A stretch of DNA of 64,000 nt from Eledone cirrhosa (lineage: Eukaryota): the NCBI GenBank assembly GCA_964016885.1, contig OZ024742.1:146134001-146198000 (forward strand), written 5' to 3'. Below, in pieces: positions 1 through 13,756 of this stretch. The notes beneath the pieces are model-generated. The model ran no database searches, was not told where the DNA came from, and saw only the letters and a list, made by a program, of their open reading frames with translations. Position 1 is the stretch's first letter. Each line of letters opens with the position of its first letter. The translations under genes were made by a program, and so were the position numbers.

Positions 1-267
1 ATTCAGAACGTTTTTAAACATTTGCTGGGGTTGCCTGGATGAGTCCACATAAATTTCTCTAAGAAGAAAAAAGAAAATGGTCGAGATAGGGAACAGAATT
101 AATTGTTGCGTATACCATGTTCCAACTTCAAGGCGTTTGAGGGTCACCTAACATTTGTTCGATTGAGCTGAAATTTTCCACTTCCCATTCTTCTGTTGAT
201 TGAAAAAGGATTAAAGGTTGGGAGCAGCAAAATTTTAACTTTCGGAAAATTACCTATTGCTAAGAAT

Positions 268-335
<68 letters not shown>

Positions 336-420
336 TAAGTTATTCCGGGTTGAATCGGAGGTAACCACAGTAAGTAAGGTACTCAATACATAGCAGAGTA
401 TAAAAGTTTTAATATAGATG

Positions 421-471
421 AGATTCTACAAGACTAGAACTGTTTCATTTTTTAGAAATCATCAGGAATCT
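421..471 (-). ncRNA. Hammerhead motif, inverted copy of 624-674
   Basis: Reverse complement agattc-CUGAUGA-uuucuaaaaaau-GAAA-cag..uug-UA-gaaucu, with two substitutions. Confidence 0.65.
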
Positions 472-623
472 GGCTCTCCAAAATAAATGTTGTGGTATTT
501 ATATCTTTTCTGGTGGTAGAAGAGGGTGGGGAGTGGGATGGGTGGAGGTCATTGGTTGAAAGAAAAGGGAATTCATTAAAAGCTAATTCTTTAAGGCTAT
601 AATTATATTTATTTTGGACAGCC

Positions 624-674
624 AGATTCCTGATGATTTCTAAAGAATGAAACAGTTCTAGTCCTGTAGAATCT
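624..674 (+). ncRNA. Type I hammerhead ribozyme motif
   Basis: agattc-CUGAUGA-uuucuaaagaau-GAAA-cag(uucuaguc)cug-UA-gaaucu; stems I and III pair fully; predicted cleavage after 668. Confidence 0.8.
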
Positions 675-711
675 CATCTATATTAAAACTATATATATAT
701 ACACACACACA

Positions 712-772
<61 letters not shown>

Positions 773-1445
773 TATATGTATATGTATGAATGTATATATG
801 TATGTGAGTTTGTGTCTGGATCTGTGTATCTGTGTTTACATTTGTGACTGTGTTTATGTTCAACAAGAAAGGGATCAATAAAACTAATGCCCAACTTGAA
901 AAATAATTACTGGGGTTGATATGGTCCACTAAATCAAAGCAGTGCTTCAACACAGCAGAAGTCTGATGACTGAAACCAGTAAAAGAATAAAAGAATTAAT
1001 TTGCTTTCTATCTCTGTCCATGTACAGTTATTCCCAAACTCATACATACATACACAGATAATCCTAAACATACACATACATACATATGCTTTCCAAGATG
1101 GAGATTATGTTGAATAATTTATAAACACTTTGCATAATATAGGAAACTCTCAGTCAGTTGTCATTTGAAGTATTTCAACAGTTAAATTATTTAATAAAAT
1201 AATAGTTAATTTGTTTGATTTATCAGAAGACAAGTTATGAGATTTTTAGACTAATAAATTAATTTGGTGGGTAAAATTGAAAATTTCTTCTGTGTTACAT
1301 TAATCATTGTGCTGTTGAGACTTTAAATTCCTCAAATCATCAGATTTTTGTTGAATGTGAGTAAATATATTGTTTATATAAAGTGTTCCCAAATGTCTCA
1401 GTTTGAAATTGTCCCAGTTTGGGGCTTGAAAATTCTGGTAAGCAT

Positions 1446-1503
<58 letters not shown>

Positions 1504-3740
1504 TCATCTTTTTAGCTGCTTTTAGCTGCTTTTCCATGCTTGTTGGATGGGTCCTTCTCAGCATGGCATCTCTCCATTTGTCGCATTCCTTTGTCATCTC
1601 CTCTGCCAGTCTTAGCGATTTGAGATCAGCTCTCAGAACCTCAGCCCAGGTCTTTCTTGTTCATCCTCTACTGGGGTTTCCTAGCATTTCTTCACCCATC
1701 AATTATTATCCATGCACATGTTACTAGTTTGATTCCTACCTCTCCCAATACTTTTAGCACCTCAGCAATTATTTCTGATGGTCCCACAGCTTTACTGTTC
1801 TTCATTTCCTTGCTTTCATCTTTGACCCTAAAACTATCAACTTTAATAGCTGGTCATAACCTTCCTTTGGGTAATTGAGGGGTAGTCACAAGACAATGGA
1901 AAATTTACTTTCTTTAGCCTTTCTCTGGGCTGTCGCCTAGCTTCTTTCTTAGCTAATTGGTACCAATCTCTGCTACCTCCATTTTTCCAGCTTTTGCATG
2001 CCTGTCTCTTGACTTCAATGGCTGTATCTACTGTGCTGTTCCACCACCAGGTTACCCTTTGTCTGGCTGGTGCTTTACTCCAGCCGCAAGTCTCATCAGT
2101 AGTTTTTTAAAAACCAGAATTAGTTGTTTAGCTTACATATCGAAATCCTAACCCATCCTATTTATTTTATGAAGTATGAGATTTCTTGTAATTTTTTTTT
2201 TGTCATGTATAATGTTTTTTAATGTCCCAAGAAAATTAATTGTTGCAGGAATGCTACCACTTAAAATAAAATTTTGCTGGAGATAGATTAGCAAAATTTA
2301 ATAAGTGGGGATGCTGGAATAAGAGCAAGGAGGTTGGAAAAAAAAAAAAATTAACATCTATTTTCCACACTTCAATGCGTTAGATGTGTTGGCACATTAT
2401 GAGATATGTCTTGCTCATACAGAACTGTTTCTGATTTGGTTTCTACAGCTGGATGCTCATCTTAACACCAACTACATTACAGTGTCTACTATGTGCTTTT
2501 TACCATGGTACCAAAACAGCCATCTGTGTGTATATATATATATTTATATATACACACATGCATGTCTCTATATCTTTCTGTAGTCTTAAAGAGAGAGGGA
2601 TAGAATTAGGTACGTAGCTGTGTATAGAACAACTTACTTTATCATGTCTTTTTCTCATGCCTTGTCTTTTAAACTACTTCTGGACAGCGTTTAACTATCT
2701 TGTTAGACACAGTGTTCCTGAAAGGCTTAGCAGTTATGTTGTTAGGGGCTGGAACTATGGAACCTGTATCAGTTGTTAGCTGTTAGCATCCTTCAAAACT
2801 TCCATGCTTTCCGATATTCGCCAACACTACACCTAATATTCTCCCTCCATACACATGCACGCATGTGTGTGTCTGCGTGTATATCATGACTCATACACTG
2901 TTCACTTTCCTGGTATTTGTACATTATTCTATGTGGATTGGCAATATCAGTAGAGGGTTGGATGCCATGCTTTGCAGAATAGAGTTATGGCCCTTTACAG
3001 TTTGAGTTCAAATCCCGCCGAGGTTAACTTTGCCTATCATCCTTACGTGGTTGATAAAATAAAGCTCCAGTAATACACTAGGATAATTGCTGGCCTTGTG
3101 CCAAAAGTAGAAACAACTATTCTATGTACTATACATGCACCTTTGATGAGTTGTAGTGCACCTGAGCACTATGCACAATAATTTTTTTTTTTTTTTTTTT
3201 TTTTGAAAGTTGATGACCACAGAGTTGTCCAATTCATGTTAACACTTTTGTGTTGCCCTATGTACCTATTTTGTCCCTTTTTTGCCTGTTTCTGTACTTC
3301 TATCCATTTACACTAGCTGTTGCCATTTTTACTATTAACTATCTGTGATATGATGTAGTTCTTCCTTTGCCTCATTGAGTTATCCTAAAATCGTTGACTG
3401 AACAAACACACAGGCTTATTCTCCAAACAAACTTTTTCTCCATTTCTTCCTCTTCTCCATTTCCTCTGTTTTTCTATTTCTTCTTTTATTTTTCTTCCTT
3501 TCTTCTGATGTAGGACTAATGTCCAAATCATTAAGAATCTTTTCCTACTATATCAAGCGTGAAACTAATATATATTTTCATTGTACTGAATTGTTTAGCT
3601 GTGTTGGTTTCCATTTACCTTTCACACACACATTATTATTATTAGAGTTTTCAGCTCAATGATGAATTCCTTCTTTAGAAATCATCAGGAGCCCGTAGTA
3701 GTAGTAGTAGTAGTAGTAGCAGCAGCAACAACAACAGCAG

Positions 3741-3805
<65 letters not shown>

Positions 3806-4371
3806 TTCAAATATTAAAAGTTCTGCAAACACTGCCAGACAGTAAAATTATTTAGCTGCAATAATGTTGAAGTATAAGGAGTACTTTGATTTCATCCATA
3901 CATTCCATTAGAGAGCAGTATATAAAAGACCACACACATACATACATACATTCATACATACATATATACATACATATATACATACATACATACATACATA
4001 CATATGCTCAATAGATGTTGTTGAGTTAAAATATTTACTAAAATTGAAAAAAAAATTAATAAACTTTCTTCTTTAAACTGTTCGTGACTGAGCTCAAGAT
4101 CTTGCAAAAGAATCTGGTATTCAAAAATGTGCAATATTGGCAATGAATGAGGTTAAACATGAAAATAGACGTAAAATAAAACTGCCCCAAGGGTATAGTT
4201 CTTCAGCAGATCCTCAACTACAGCAATCTCAGTAGTCAGAAAGGACTTATAATGAATTGTGAGTTGATATCAGTAAACATAATTGTCTCGTTCTCTCTTT
4301 CTTTCTTCCCCCACTCTCTCTTGCTATGTATATATATATATACACACACATATATATACATATCTATATAC

Positions 4372-7300
4372 ATATCATCATCATCATCATCATCATCAAC
4401 GTTTAACGTCCGTGTTCCACGCTTGCATGGGTTTGGACGGGGGTAGTCCCACTTGAGGCAAGAGTGATTGTCTTGCTCGCATAGGACTGTCTGGCAGGTT
4501 TTCTACAGTTGGATGCCCTTCCTAACACCAACCACATTTACAGTGTGGGTCTGGGAGGTTTTTACCGTGTTGCCTACACGGCCACATTACAGCGTGGACT
4601 GTGTGTTTTTTTGTCGTGACACCTACACGATCTCATTTGTTTCGGCCTCGATGGCGCGGCACCAACATAACTTTACATAGAACGGGGTGGTGTGGATGGG
4701 GTGGGGGTGGTGGGACGGGGTGTATTTTGTTAGAGATGCCTACTGGCTGGAGTAGGTTTTACTATATATTTAGGTAAGGCGGGTCTTCTCTGTTACTGAG
4801 TACCGCCAAAGGTCTCGGTCCAGTGACATTGTCTTGGAGAGGTGTAAGTGTGTGATGTCGGAGTTTATCAGCTCGTCCCAGGTTTTTCTAGGTCTGCCTA
4901 TTCCGTGACTACCGTCTATCTTTATTGCCCTGCACTTTGTTATACAGCTATCGACTTTCATGCGCATCACGTGTCCATACCAACGTAGCCTTCTCTCGAG
5001 TAAACAACATCTGATCCCTCTTATCTCTAATTTTTTCCTTAGTTCGTTTATGCTTTGCCGTTCACGTATATTACTGTTACACATCCAGCGGAGCATGCAA
5101 GCTTCGTTCCTCTCTAGTCTGCGTATATCCTCTGCACACAATGCCCAGATCTCACTGCCATGCAGCATTGCTGTTCGTATGCAGGCATCGTACAACCTGC
5201 CTTTCATTTTTAGGGAGAACCCTTTAGCAGCTAATAGTGGTATAAGCTCTCTGAACTTTTTCCAACCAGTTCTGACTCTAGCTACAGTACTTTCAGAGCA
5301 CCCTCCCCCACTGCTGATTTTATCGCCCAGGTAACGGAAGCTGTCCACTATTTCTATAGAACCCTCTGCGCAATTGAAAGAGCTAGTATTTTGTGGGCAC
5401 TTGCTGCTACTTATTGCACCAGAGCACCGGCCACATGTAAAATCTATGTTCTTAGTTAGCTTACCTGTGATCCCACTACATCTTTTATGTACCCATACTT
5501 TGCATTTGGGACATAAATGGAGTTTCTACCTACTCCTTTCCTACACACTGAGCATCGCCATTTCCCGGATGGGACCGGTGCCCTATTTTCCTTCCTACAA
5601 ACTAGAACTTTAGTCTTAGACAAGTTAACTTTAAGGCCTTTTGATTCTAGGCCATGCTTCCATGTTTGGAATTTCTTCTCTAGTTCAGCCATTGATTCAG
5701 CTATGAGCGTTAGATCATCTGTATATAGGAGTTCCCATGGGCAGCTGGTCTTGAACTCCTCTGTTATAGCCTGAAGGGCAATAATAAATAGTAGGGGGCT
5801 AAGGACGGAGCCCTGATGAACACCAATTTTTACGCTAAACTCTTCACTATATTCGTTGTTAATTCTAACCTTGCTGACTGTTTCTTTATACATGGCTTGT
5901 ATAGCTCTCACAAGCCATTCATCAACACCTAGTTTTCTAAGAGCCCACCAGATAATGGAACGGGGGACTCTGTCGAAGGCTTTCTCCAAGTCGACAAAAG
6001 CTAAGTATAGGGGTTTACTTTTAGCTAGGTACTTCTCCTGTAGTTGTCGTACAATGAAGAGAGCGTCTGTTGTACTTTTACCTGGCACAAACCCGAACTG
6101 CATTTCGTCTAGATCAATTCGCTCACTGATTAGTTGCACTATTACTTTTTCTGTGACCTTCATGACCTGGTCAATTAATTTAATGCCTCTATAGTTTCCC
6201 TATCTAGGGCATCACCTTTACCCTTGTAGCAGTTAATGATGATGCTGCTGCGCCAGTCCTTCGGAACGACCCCATTCTGTATGACTTGGTTTACTATCCG
6301 GGTGACCATAGTGTGTCTCACCGTTCCAGATGCTTTCAGCATTTCGACAACTATTTCCGAAGGCCCGGCCACCTTGTCCATCTTCATGTCTTTGATCGCC
6401 TTACTTATTATACTACCTTCAACTTGCACTGCTGGTCCCTCTATTGGGTCGATGTGGGGGAGACTGTCTTTCTCCCAATTATTCTCCTCATTTAGTAGCC
6501 TTTCGTAGTGACACTTCCAAGCTACCTTCTTATCAGCGTCAGTGATGGCAAGTACACCATCATCATTTAGGACACATTTCTCCCCGACAATATCACTGTT
6601 TTCCTTGACACATTGCCTAGCAATCCTGAACACCTCACGTTTTTGGTCCTCGCGTTGTAGAACATGCTTGAACTTTCTTTCCTCTGCTTCCCTTCTTGTG
6701 AAGTACACTTGTCTCCTAGCTTCCCTCCTGGCCACTTGATAGTCTTCTCTACTTCCCCCATCCCGCCATACTTTCCAAGCCTGCTTTTTGGCCTTGATTG
6801 ACCTCTCCACCTTACTGTTCCACCACCAGGTTACTCTCCTCCTGCCTATAGGCCTGCTCTAGCCACAAGTTTCATCTGTCGCCTTCAGCAGGTTAGCTTT
6901 CAGGAATTTCCACTGTTCCTCTATATTGTACGACTCTAATTGCTCTTCCTTACTATCAAAAGCATCAAGTAATATGCTTTTAAATTTATGACTGGCTGTG
7001 GGGTCCTTTAATTTCCATATTTTTCTCCTGAGGATAGTCTTCTTCTATTGTCGAATATGTCTCGTCCTGACTATGAGGTCGCTAATTATGAGTCTATGTT
7101 GAGACGTGCATTCTTCATGGGGGAGGGATTTAGTGTTTACAACAGACACTCTGTCACGTCTCCTGGTAAGGATATAATCTACCTGGCTTGTGTGTTCCCC
7201 CGATCTATAGGTGATCAAGTGATTGTCTCGTTTTTTGAAGTTAGTGTTACAGATAGTGAGGTTATTTGCGTCACAGAATTCCAGGATTCTGGAGCCTTCC

Positions 7301-7985
7301 TCATTTCTAGTACCAAACCCATAGCCTCTCTGGATTCCGTCATAGCCGTCTCAATGTTGTCCAACGTGACCATTTAGGTCGCCTGCAATAATTATATAGT
7401 CACTGTCGGTTATTTGGGAGGTAATGAGCATCAGTGTCTCATAGAATCTGTCTTTTATAGTGCCGGGCAGTCCGGATTGTGGTGCGTACGCAGATATTAC
7501 TGTCACTGTACTTCTATTGAGGACAAGTCTTATTTTAATTATTCTGTCGTTCACTCTATTTACGTCTATTATCTTATCTGCCCACTTTTCTGCTACCATG
7601 AATCCTACTCCACCCAGCCCATTGTCATTTCCCACCCAGAAAAGCTTATAGCATTGTTCTTTACCCATGATGAATCTAGCAGACCCACCCCTCCACCTGG
7701 TTTCTTGAATACAACAAACATCGACCTCCTTACGTTCAAGCATTTCTACAACCTCGTTAGAGCGACCCTTTAAGGTGCCTACATTCATGGTACCAACTCT
7801 GAAGTTTTGGATTGCGTTTGGAGGGTGGGAGCGGTGGGGCGAGGGGGGGGGGGGTTATGTTAGCCATCCGCGGCCGAAACAAAGAGGAGGAGTCCTTGCA
7901 TTCTCGTCCATGAGGTGAATTTGTCTTTATCTTTGGCATTGTCACTGAGCGTCCAGATTTTTCTTTTCAACTCTCCAGAATTCCG
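4372..7985 (-). mobile_element. Near-full-length RTE-clade LINE, degenerate (frameshifts and stops)
   Basis: APE endonuclease (NVGTL, CCIQETRW, SAYAPQ, GDLNGH) at 7351-7788; RT (QFGF.PG, DLEKAFD, HQGSVLSP, LYTDD) at 5456-6810; C-terminus RRLRWYGHVMR...GRPRKTW at 4770-5348; 3' UTR ends in a (GAT)n tail. Confidence 0.92.
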
Positions 7986-8570
7986 TATCAAAGTATCCTT
8001 ACTTCATTTCTCTCCAGCCTCTGCATTTACTGCCCAAGTTTCCCTTTCATGCAACATTTCATGTAGGTGTCATACTACTGGCCTTTCTATCATAGAGAGA
8101 AACCTATTGTTATCAACAAAGGTAGTAAGTAGCTCACTGAACATCTATCCTTTTGTTAATCTAGCTACTATTTACTACTAATATATATATATATATTCAC
8201 CAAGATATAATATGATAAATTACGCCACCAGTGTGTAAAATAAATTAACTAGATATAATTTGCACAATTAATATATAAATGAACTACAATTTGTATAACT
8301 ATTATGTAAATGCATCCATAGGTATCTTTGGTAGGGGTAACACAGATAAGAGATCCATAAAACCAGAGGGAAAGAGAGCAGTAAATAGTAGCTAGATTAA
8401 CAACAGGATAGATGTTCAGTGAGCTACTTACTACCTTTGTTGATAACAATAGGTTTCTCTCTATGAAAGAAAGGCCAGTAGTATGACACCTACATGAAAT
8501 GTTGCATGAAAGGGAAACTTGGGCAGTAAATGCAGAGGCTGGAGAGAAATGAAGTAAGGATACTTTGATA
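7986..8570. repeat. Inverted duplication, 191-bp arms at 7986-8176 and 8380-8570
   Basis: Near-identical reverse complements of old RTE-derived sequence; the left arm abuts the RTE 5' end and is followed by (TA)n. Confidence 0.9.
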
Positions 8571-10694
8571 GATATGTGATGTTAATGTGCATAAATGGCA
8601 AAGCATGGATGAGCTGAGGGAGAAACTAAGTGTAAGAGGAATCAATCGAGACACTGCATTCTTCAAAACTTCCATGCTTTCCGAAATGCGCCAACGCTAC
8701 ACCCCATATTCCCCCACCATACATACACACACATGTCTGTGTGTGTGTGTATATATATCATGACTCATATACTGTTCACTTTCCTGACATTTGTACATTA
8801 TTCTATGTACTATACATGCACCTTTGATGAGTTGTAGTGTACCTGAGCACTGTACACAATAATTTTCATTATTATTATTTAAATAATTTAAATAATTGTT
8901 TCTACTTTAGGCACAAGGCCAGCAATTATCCAGTGCATTACTGGTACTTTATTTTATCGACCCCGTAAGGATGAAAGGCAAAGTCAACCTCGGCGGGATT
9001 TGAACTCAGATCATAAAGGGACGTAACTATGCTGGAAAGCATGGCGTCCGACCCTCTACCGATATAATACAAGAGAAAATACTGCACTGGTAAGTCGTGT
9101 GATGCATATGGATGATTATTGTTGGGGGAATAATTTCCCAGTGGAAGGATGCTGCAGTAGACGAAGGCCAAGGAAAGCCTGGGCAGAAATACTAAGAGCT
9201 GATCTCAAAATGAGCACCTTACAGAGACGATGACAAGGGAATACAATGAGTGGAGGGAAGCTGTGCTAGAAAAGATTCATACAACCCTTGCAAGCATGGT
9301 AAAATGGATGTAAAAAGGATGGTGATATATTTACAGATATATGTCAAGGACATAGTGTTTGGTGACCTACACAATAAACATACTCAATATACACTGTAAA
9401 GTGGTTGATGATATGAAGGGCATCCAGCCATAGAAAGCTTGCCAAATAAAGGGCTGGGAGAACCCTTCAGTCATGTCAAGGACACAACAACTTCCCTAGT
9501 GTTGGTGATCTACATGATAAATGCACCCAGTACATGCTGTAAAGTGGTTGGTGATAGGAAGGGCATTGAGCTGTAAAAATCTTGTCAAACAAAAGGTTAT
9601 GAAGACCCTCAGTTGTGTCAAAGACATGAAAACTTCTCTTAATCACTCAGTGGAGCGTCGGATATACATAATCGAGACACATCACTGGTCTGCCTGGGAG
9701 ATCAGTGACACCACTGCAGGTCTATGTAGAGTCGTCCAGCACTCAGTAGCAAGGAAAGCGGATGTTAAAACGACGATGACAATGATGATGGAATCCTGTC
9801 ACGTATCCATCCGTGTATTTGTCCATCTGTCTATCTGTCTGTCTGTTTGGTGTGTGTGTATGTGTGTGTGTGTGTGTGTTAAAACTAGTGTTGTTTATGT
9901 TGCATCACCTTATGTATCATAAATTCCTCAAATTTCTAAAATGTTAAAGTCTTTCTTGATCCCAAAGTCTCATTACACAGGAACTTATGCCTATTTCCTA
10001 TGTTATTATCTGGCTGTGAATATAACTCCTTCCTGGATGGGACACCAGTTCATTGCAAGATTATCTCCATCCAGCTGATGCCAGTACTCACTTTTTCAGC
10101 TGTGTGGACAAGAGCAATGTGAAATGAAGTGTCTTGCTGAACTCACTACCTGATCTTGGAGTCAAATCCTTGACCTTATGTTTGTGAGCCTCACATCCTA
10201 ACCAGTAGGCCATGTGTCTTTACATTAAAAAAATAGAGATTTATAAAATAAATAAGTACCAGGGTTGAAATATTTAATTAAAACCCTTTAAGGTGGTGCT
10301 GTAGCAAGGCTGCAGTCTAATGGATAAGATTAGTAAAAGAATAGAAGAATACAATACTCTCAAACATCAAATATTTTATTGTTGTTTTTGTAGAATTGGG
10401 CTTTTTACAGTGGAGCATTGCTGACACAATGAACAATTCATCTTCTTTGAAAGAAGAGTGTGTTCTGTTATTAATTCTGGCAATATTACACAAATATGAC
10501 CCTCCCCAAGTATAACATTATATATATGTGTAATTGGTGTTAGGAAGAGCATCCTGCCATAGAAACTAGGCCAAAATACAGATCCATATGAGCCTGATGT
10601 GGTCTCTGGACTTGACTTGTCTCATAACATGACAACTTGTTTAACCTATAGAAGTGTGGAAAATGGACGTTAAATGACAACGACGATGCTGCTG

Positions 10695-10746
<52 letters not shown>

Positions 10747-10754
10747 GTGTCATC

Positions 10755-11049
10755 ATCATCATCATTTCATTTTACGTCCGCTTTTTCCCTGCTTGCAAGG
10801 GTGGGACGGGAACTGATTCTGGCTTGATTTCTACAGCTGGATGCCCTTCCTAACACCAACCTCATTTACAGTGAGTGCTGGGTGCTTTTTTGCCGTGGCA
10901 CCTCCACGACCACTTTGCAGTGGAATGATATGGACCCCAGTCCCTATCATCTCATTTCTACAGATGAGTAAACTGGAGCAATGTGAAATATAGTGTCTTG
11001 CTCAAGGAAACAACACATCACCCAGTCTGAGAATTGAACTCACAACCTT

Positions 11050-11094
<45 letters not shown>

Positions 11095-12281
11095 GAATAA
11101 AAATAAAAAAAAAAAAAAAAAAAAATAAAAACATGAGTGGAACAGCAACATCACAACTTACAATTAAGGACAAAATGAAAACACACACAGGACAAAATGA
11201 AAACACACACAGGACAAAATGAAAACACACACACACATAGAACAAACAACCAACCAACAATAAATAAATAAATAAATAAACAAATAGATAAATGAACACA
11301 AACACACACAGACACCCGGATGTGGCGCATGCGCAAACTGAGCACACAACACACACACAGAAACAAAATGGCGTAGGATAGAAGAAAGGAAAGGCACAGA
11401 AACAAAGAAAGGAATCCCCAGTCACTGAAGAGGTCACAGAGTATGTGACGAAAGGACTATGACTATATATAAACAACTATCTGGTTGTGGAACCAACCAA
11501 CCAACCAGAAATTTATAAGTTTGTAAATTTATATATTTATAAATTTATAAATTTACAAATTTATATATTTATAAATTTATAAATTTACAAACTTATAAAT
11601 TTCTGGTTGGTTGGTTGGTTCCACAACCAGATAGTTGTTTATATATAGTCATAGTCCTTTCGTCACATACTCTGTGACCTCTTCAGTGACTGGGGATTCC
11701 TTTCTTTGTTTCTGTGCCTTTCCTTTCTTCTATCCTACGCCATTTTGTTTCTGTGTGTGTTGTGTGCTCAGTTTGCGCATGCGCCACATCCGGGTGTCTG
11801 TGTGTGTTTGTGTTCATTTATCTATTTGTTTATTTATTTATTTATTTATTGTTGGTTGGTTGTTTGTTCTATGTGTGTGTGTGTTTTCATTTTGTCCTGT
11901 GTGTGTTTTCATTTTGTCCTTAATTGTAAGTTGTGATGTTGCTGTTCCACTCATATTTTTATTTTTTTATTTTTATTTATTTTTATTTTTATTCAGAAAC
12001 GATATATATATATATATAGGTGATGTCTTGTTTCCTTGAGCAAGACACTTTATTTCACATTGCTCCAGTTTACTCAGCTGTAGAAATGAGATGATAGGGA
12101 CTGGGGTCCATATCATTCCACTGCAAAGTGGTCGTGCAGGTGCCACGGCAAAAAAGCACCCACCACTCACTGTAAATGAGGTTGGTGTTAGGAAGGGCAT
12201 CCAGCTGTAGAAATCAAGCCAGAATCAGTTCCTGTCCCACCCTTGCAAGCAGGGAAAAGCGGACGTAAAATGAAATGATGA

Positions 12282-12285
<4 letters not shown>
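10755..12285. repeat. About 1.5-kb near-perfect palindrome (fold-back)
   Basis: Arms meet at an AT-only centre near 11555 (ccagaaatttataagtttg...caaacttataaatttctgg). Each arm holds SINE sequence, (TA)n and a hammerhead; a few substitutions and indels distinguish the arms. Confidence 0.95.
11420..11464 (+). ncRNA. Minimal hammerhead motif (mirror copy at 11647-11691 on the minus strand)
   Basis: aguca-CUGAAGA-g-gucaca(gagua)ugugac-GAAA-ggac-UA-ugacu. Confidence 0.65.
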
Positions 12286-12338
<53 letters not shown>

Positions 12339-13756
12339 AGGGTATTCTGCAATATCTGTCAACCAAATTTTACTCACAAGACACTTATCAACCCAATGCT
12401 TTAGTAGAAGACACTGGCAGTGTGGTTGTCAAGTGAATTACTTAATCATACAGCCATGAAATTGTTCAATAAATTCATGTTTATAAATAGAATAGAGACA
12501 AAATATAATTTCAAATAATTTTACTAAAAATTAATTCTCACAGAAAAAAAACAACTTTGTCTGAAATAATTAACCAATTACACTTTGATGGTTTCTGAAA
12601 CCATTACCTTAGTGAGGAAAAAAAAATAAAGCAGAGCTTGTTACCTCCCTTTATTTAAAATATATGAAAAAAAAATGTTAACATAAAATCTTTTGAAATC
12701 AAACCACCTGAAACTACCTCATATTCGATGATACAAAACGGCTTATTTTTAAATCTTTATATTTATCTAAACACCTCCCATCATAATTTTATGTAAGAAC
12801 ATTTGGTAAGTTATATCTCAAAGACCAGCTTAATAATGAGAAAGTTAGATATATTATTAAATCCTCCCAAATTCTTGATTATTTTCAAAATGATTTAAAA
12901 CTCATAGACAGAGTCTTTCATTAGGAATATAGTAATAAAAGGGTGAAATTTTGTGGTAAAATGATATTAAATTTTTGTAAAATCAAATTTAACTTTTGCA
13001 TTTGGTTAAAAGTTTCCATCTATTATCAATTCTTTTCCAGTGATAATAACAGGGTATATAGAATAATAGGATTAGAAAATGTATGGACAATAATGGGTGT
13101 GTGTAATGTGTACATAATAATGAGCGTATAAATTATATACATAACAATGGGTTCTTCATCTGTCATTGTTTTCTCTTCTATATCACCTTCATGTTAACAT
13201 TGACTAGACTGGATATAGAGTAGTGAGGAGAATTTAGTTGAACAGGGGTCTTGCCTATCTCTCTAGTGCTGGTGTCATGATAAAATAGTTACAGTAATAA
13301 GGAAAATTGTGTACAGTGCTGAGGTGCACTACAACTTATCAAAGGTGCATGTTTAGTACATAGAATAATGTACAAATGCCAGGAAAATGAACAGTAAATG
13401 AGTTATGATATACACACAGATACATGCGTGCGTGTGTCTAGAGGAGGAATATCAGGTGTAGTGCTGGTGAATTTTGGGAAGCATGGAAGTTTTGAAGGAT
13501 GCAGCATCCTGACAACTAACAACGAATCTGTAAAGTTGTTGGGGAATGTATGGACACAACATATAGTGGAGAGGACACTTTAGTCATGCAGAGGATATAA
13601 CCTCTCTATTGTTGGTGCCATGACAAAATAAGGCCAGAGCACTCGGTAAAGTGGTTGAAGTGGAGATAACATGAGAGGATATTTTAGTCCTGGTGAGGGT
13701 ATAACGATCTCTCTAATGCTGGTGCCATGATAAAATACACTCAGTAAACTCTTTAA

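Larger units (their letters stand above)
405..690. repeat. Inverted repeat, arms 405-488 and 607-690, in a PLE-like fragment between (TA)n tracts
   Basis: Direct reverse-complement match; each arm carries a hammerhead motif. Confidence 0.9.

Noticed and set aside
2638-2763. Candidate next host exon after the LDLa exon (cag|GT..., gtaagt donor)
   Set aside because: The acceptor region is CR1 3'-end sequence and the frame gives no transmembrane or recognisable peptide before a stop
3500-3540. Further hammerhead-like remnants (also 40733-40772 and 62601-62646)
   Set aside because: Several core positions are mutated; probably decayed copies, too degenerate to call
4045-4200. Possible coding exon
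   Set aside because: QDLAKESGIQKCAILAMN resembles the R4-like RT segment SDICMQFGIGKCGVIVMK, so it is probably an old TE scrap
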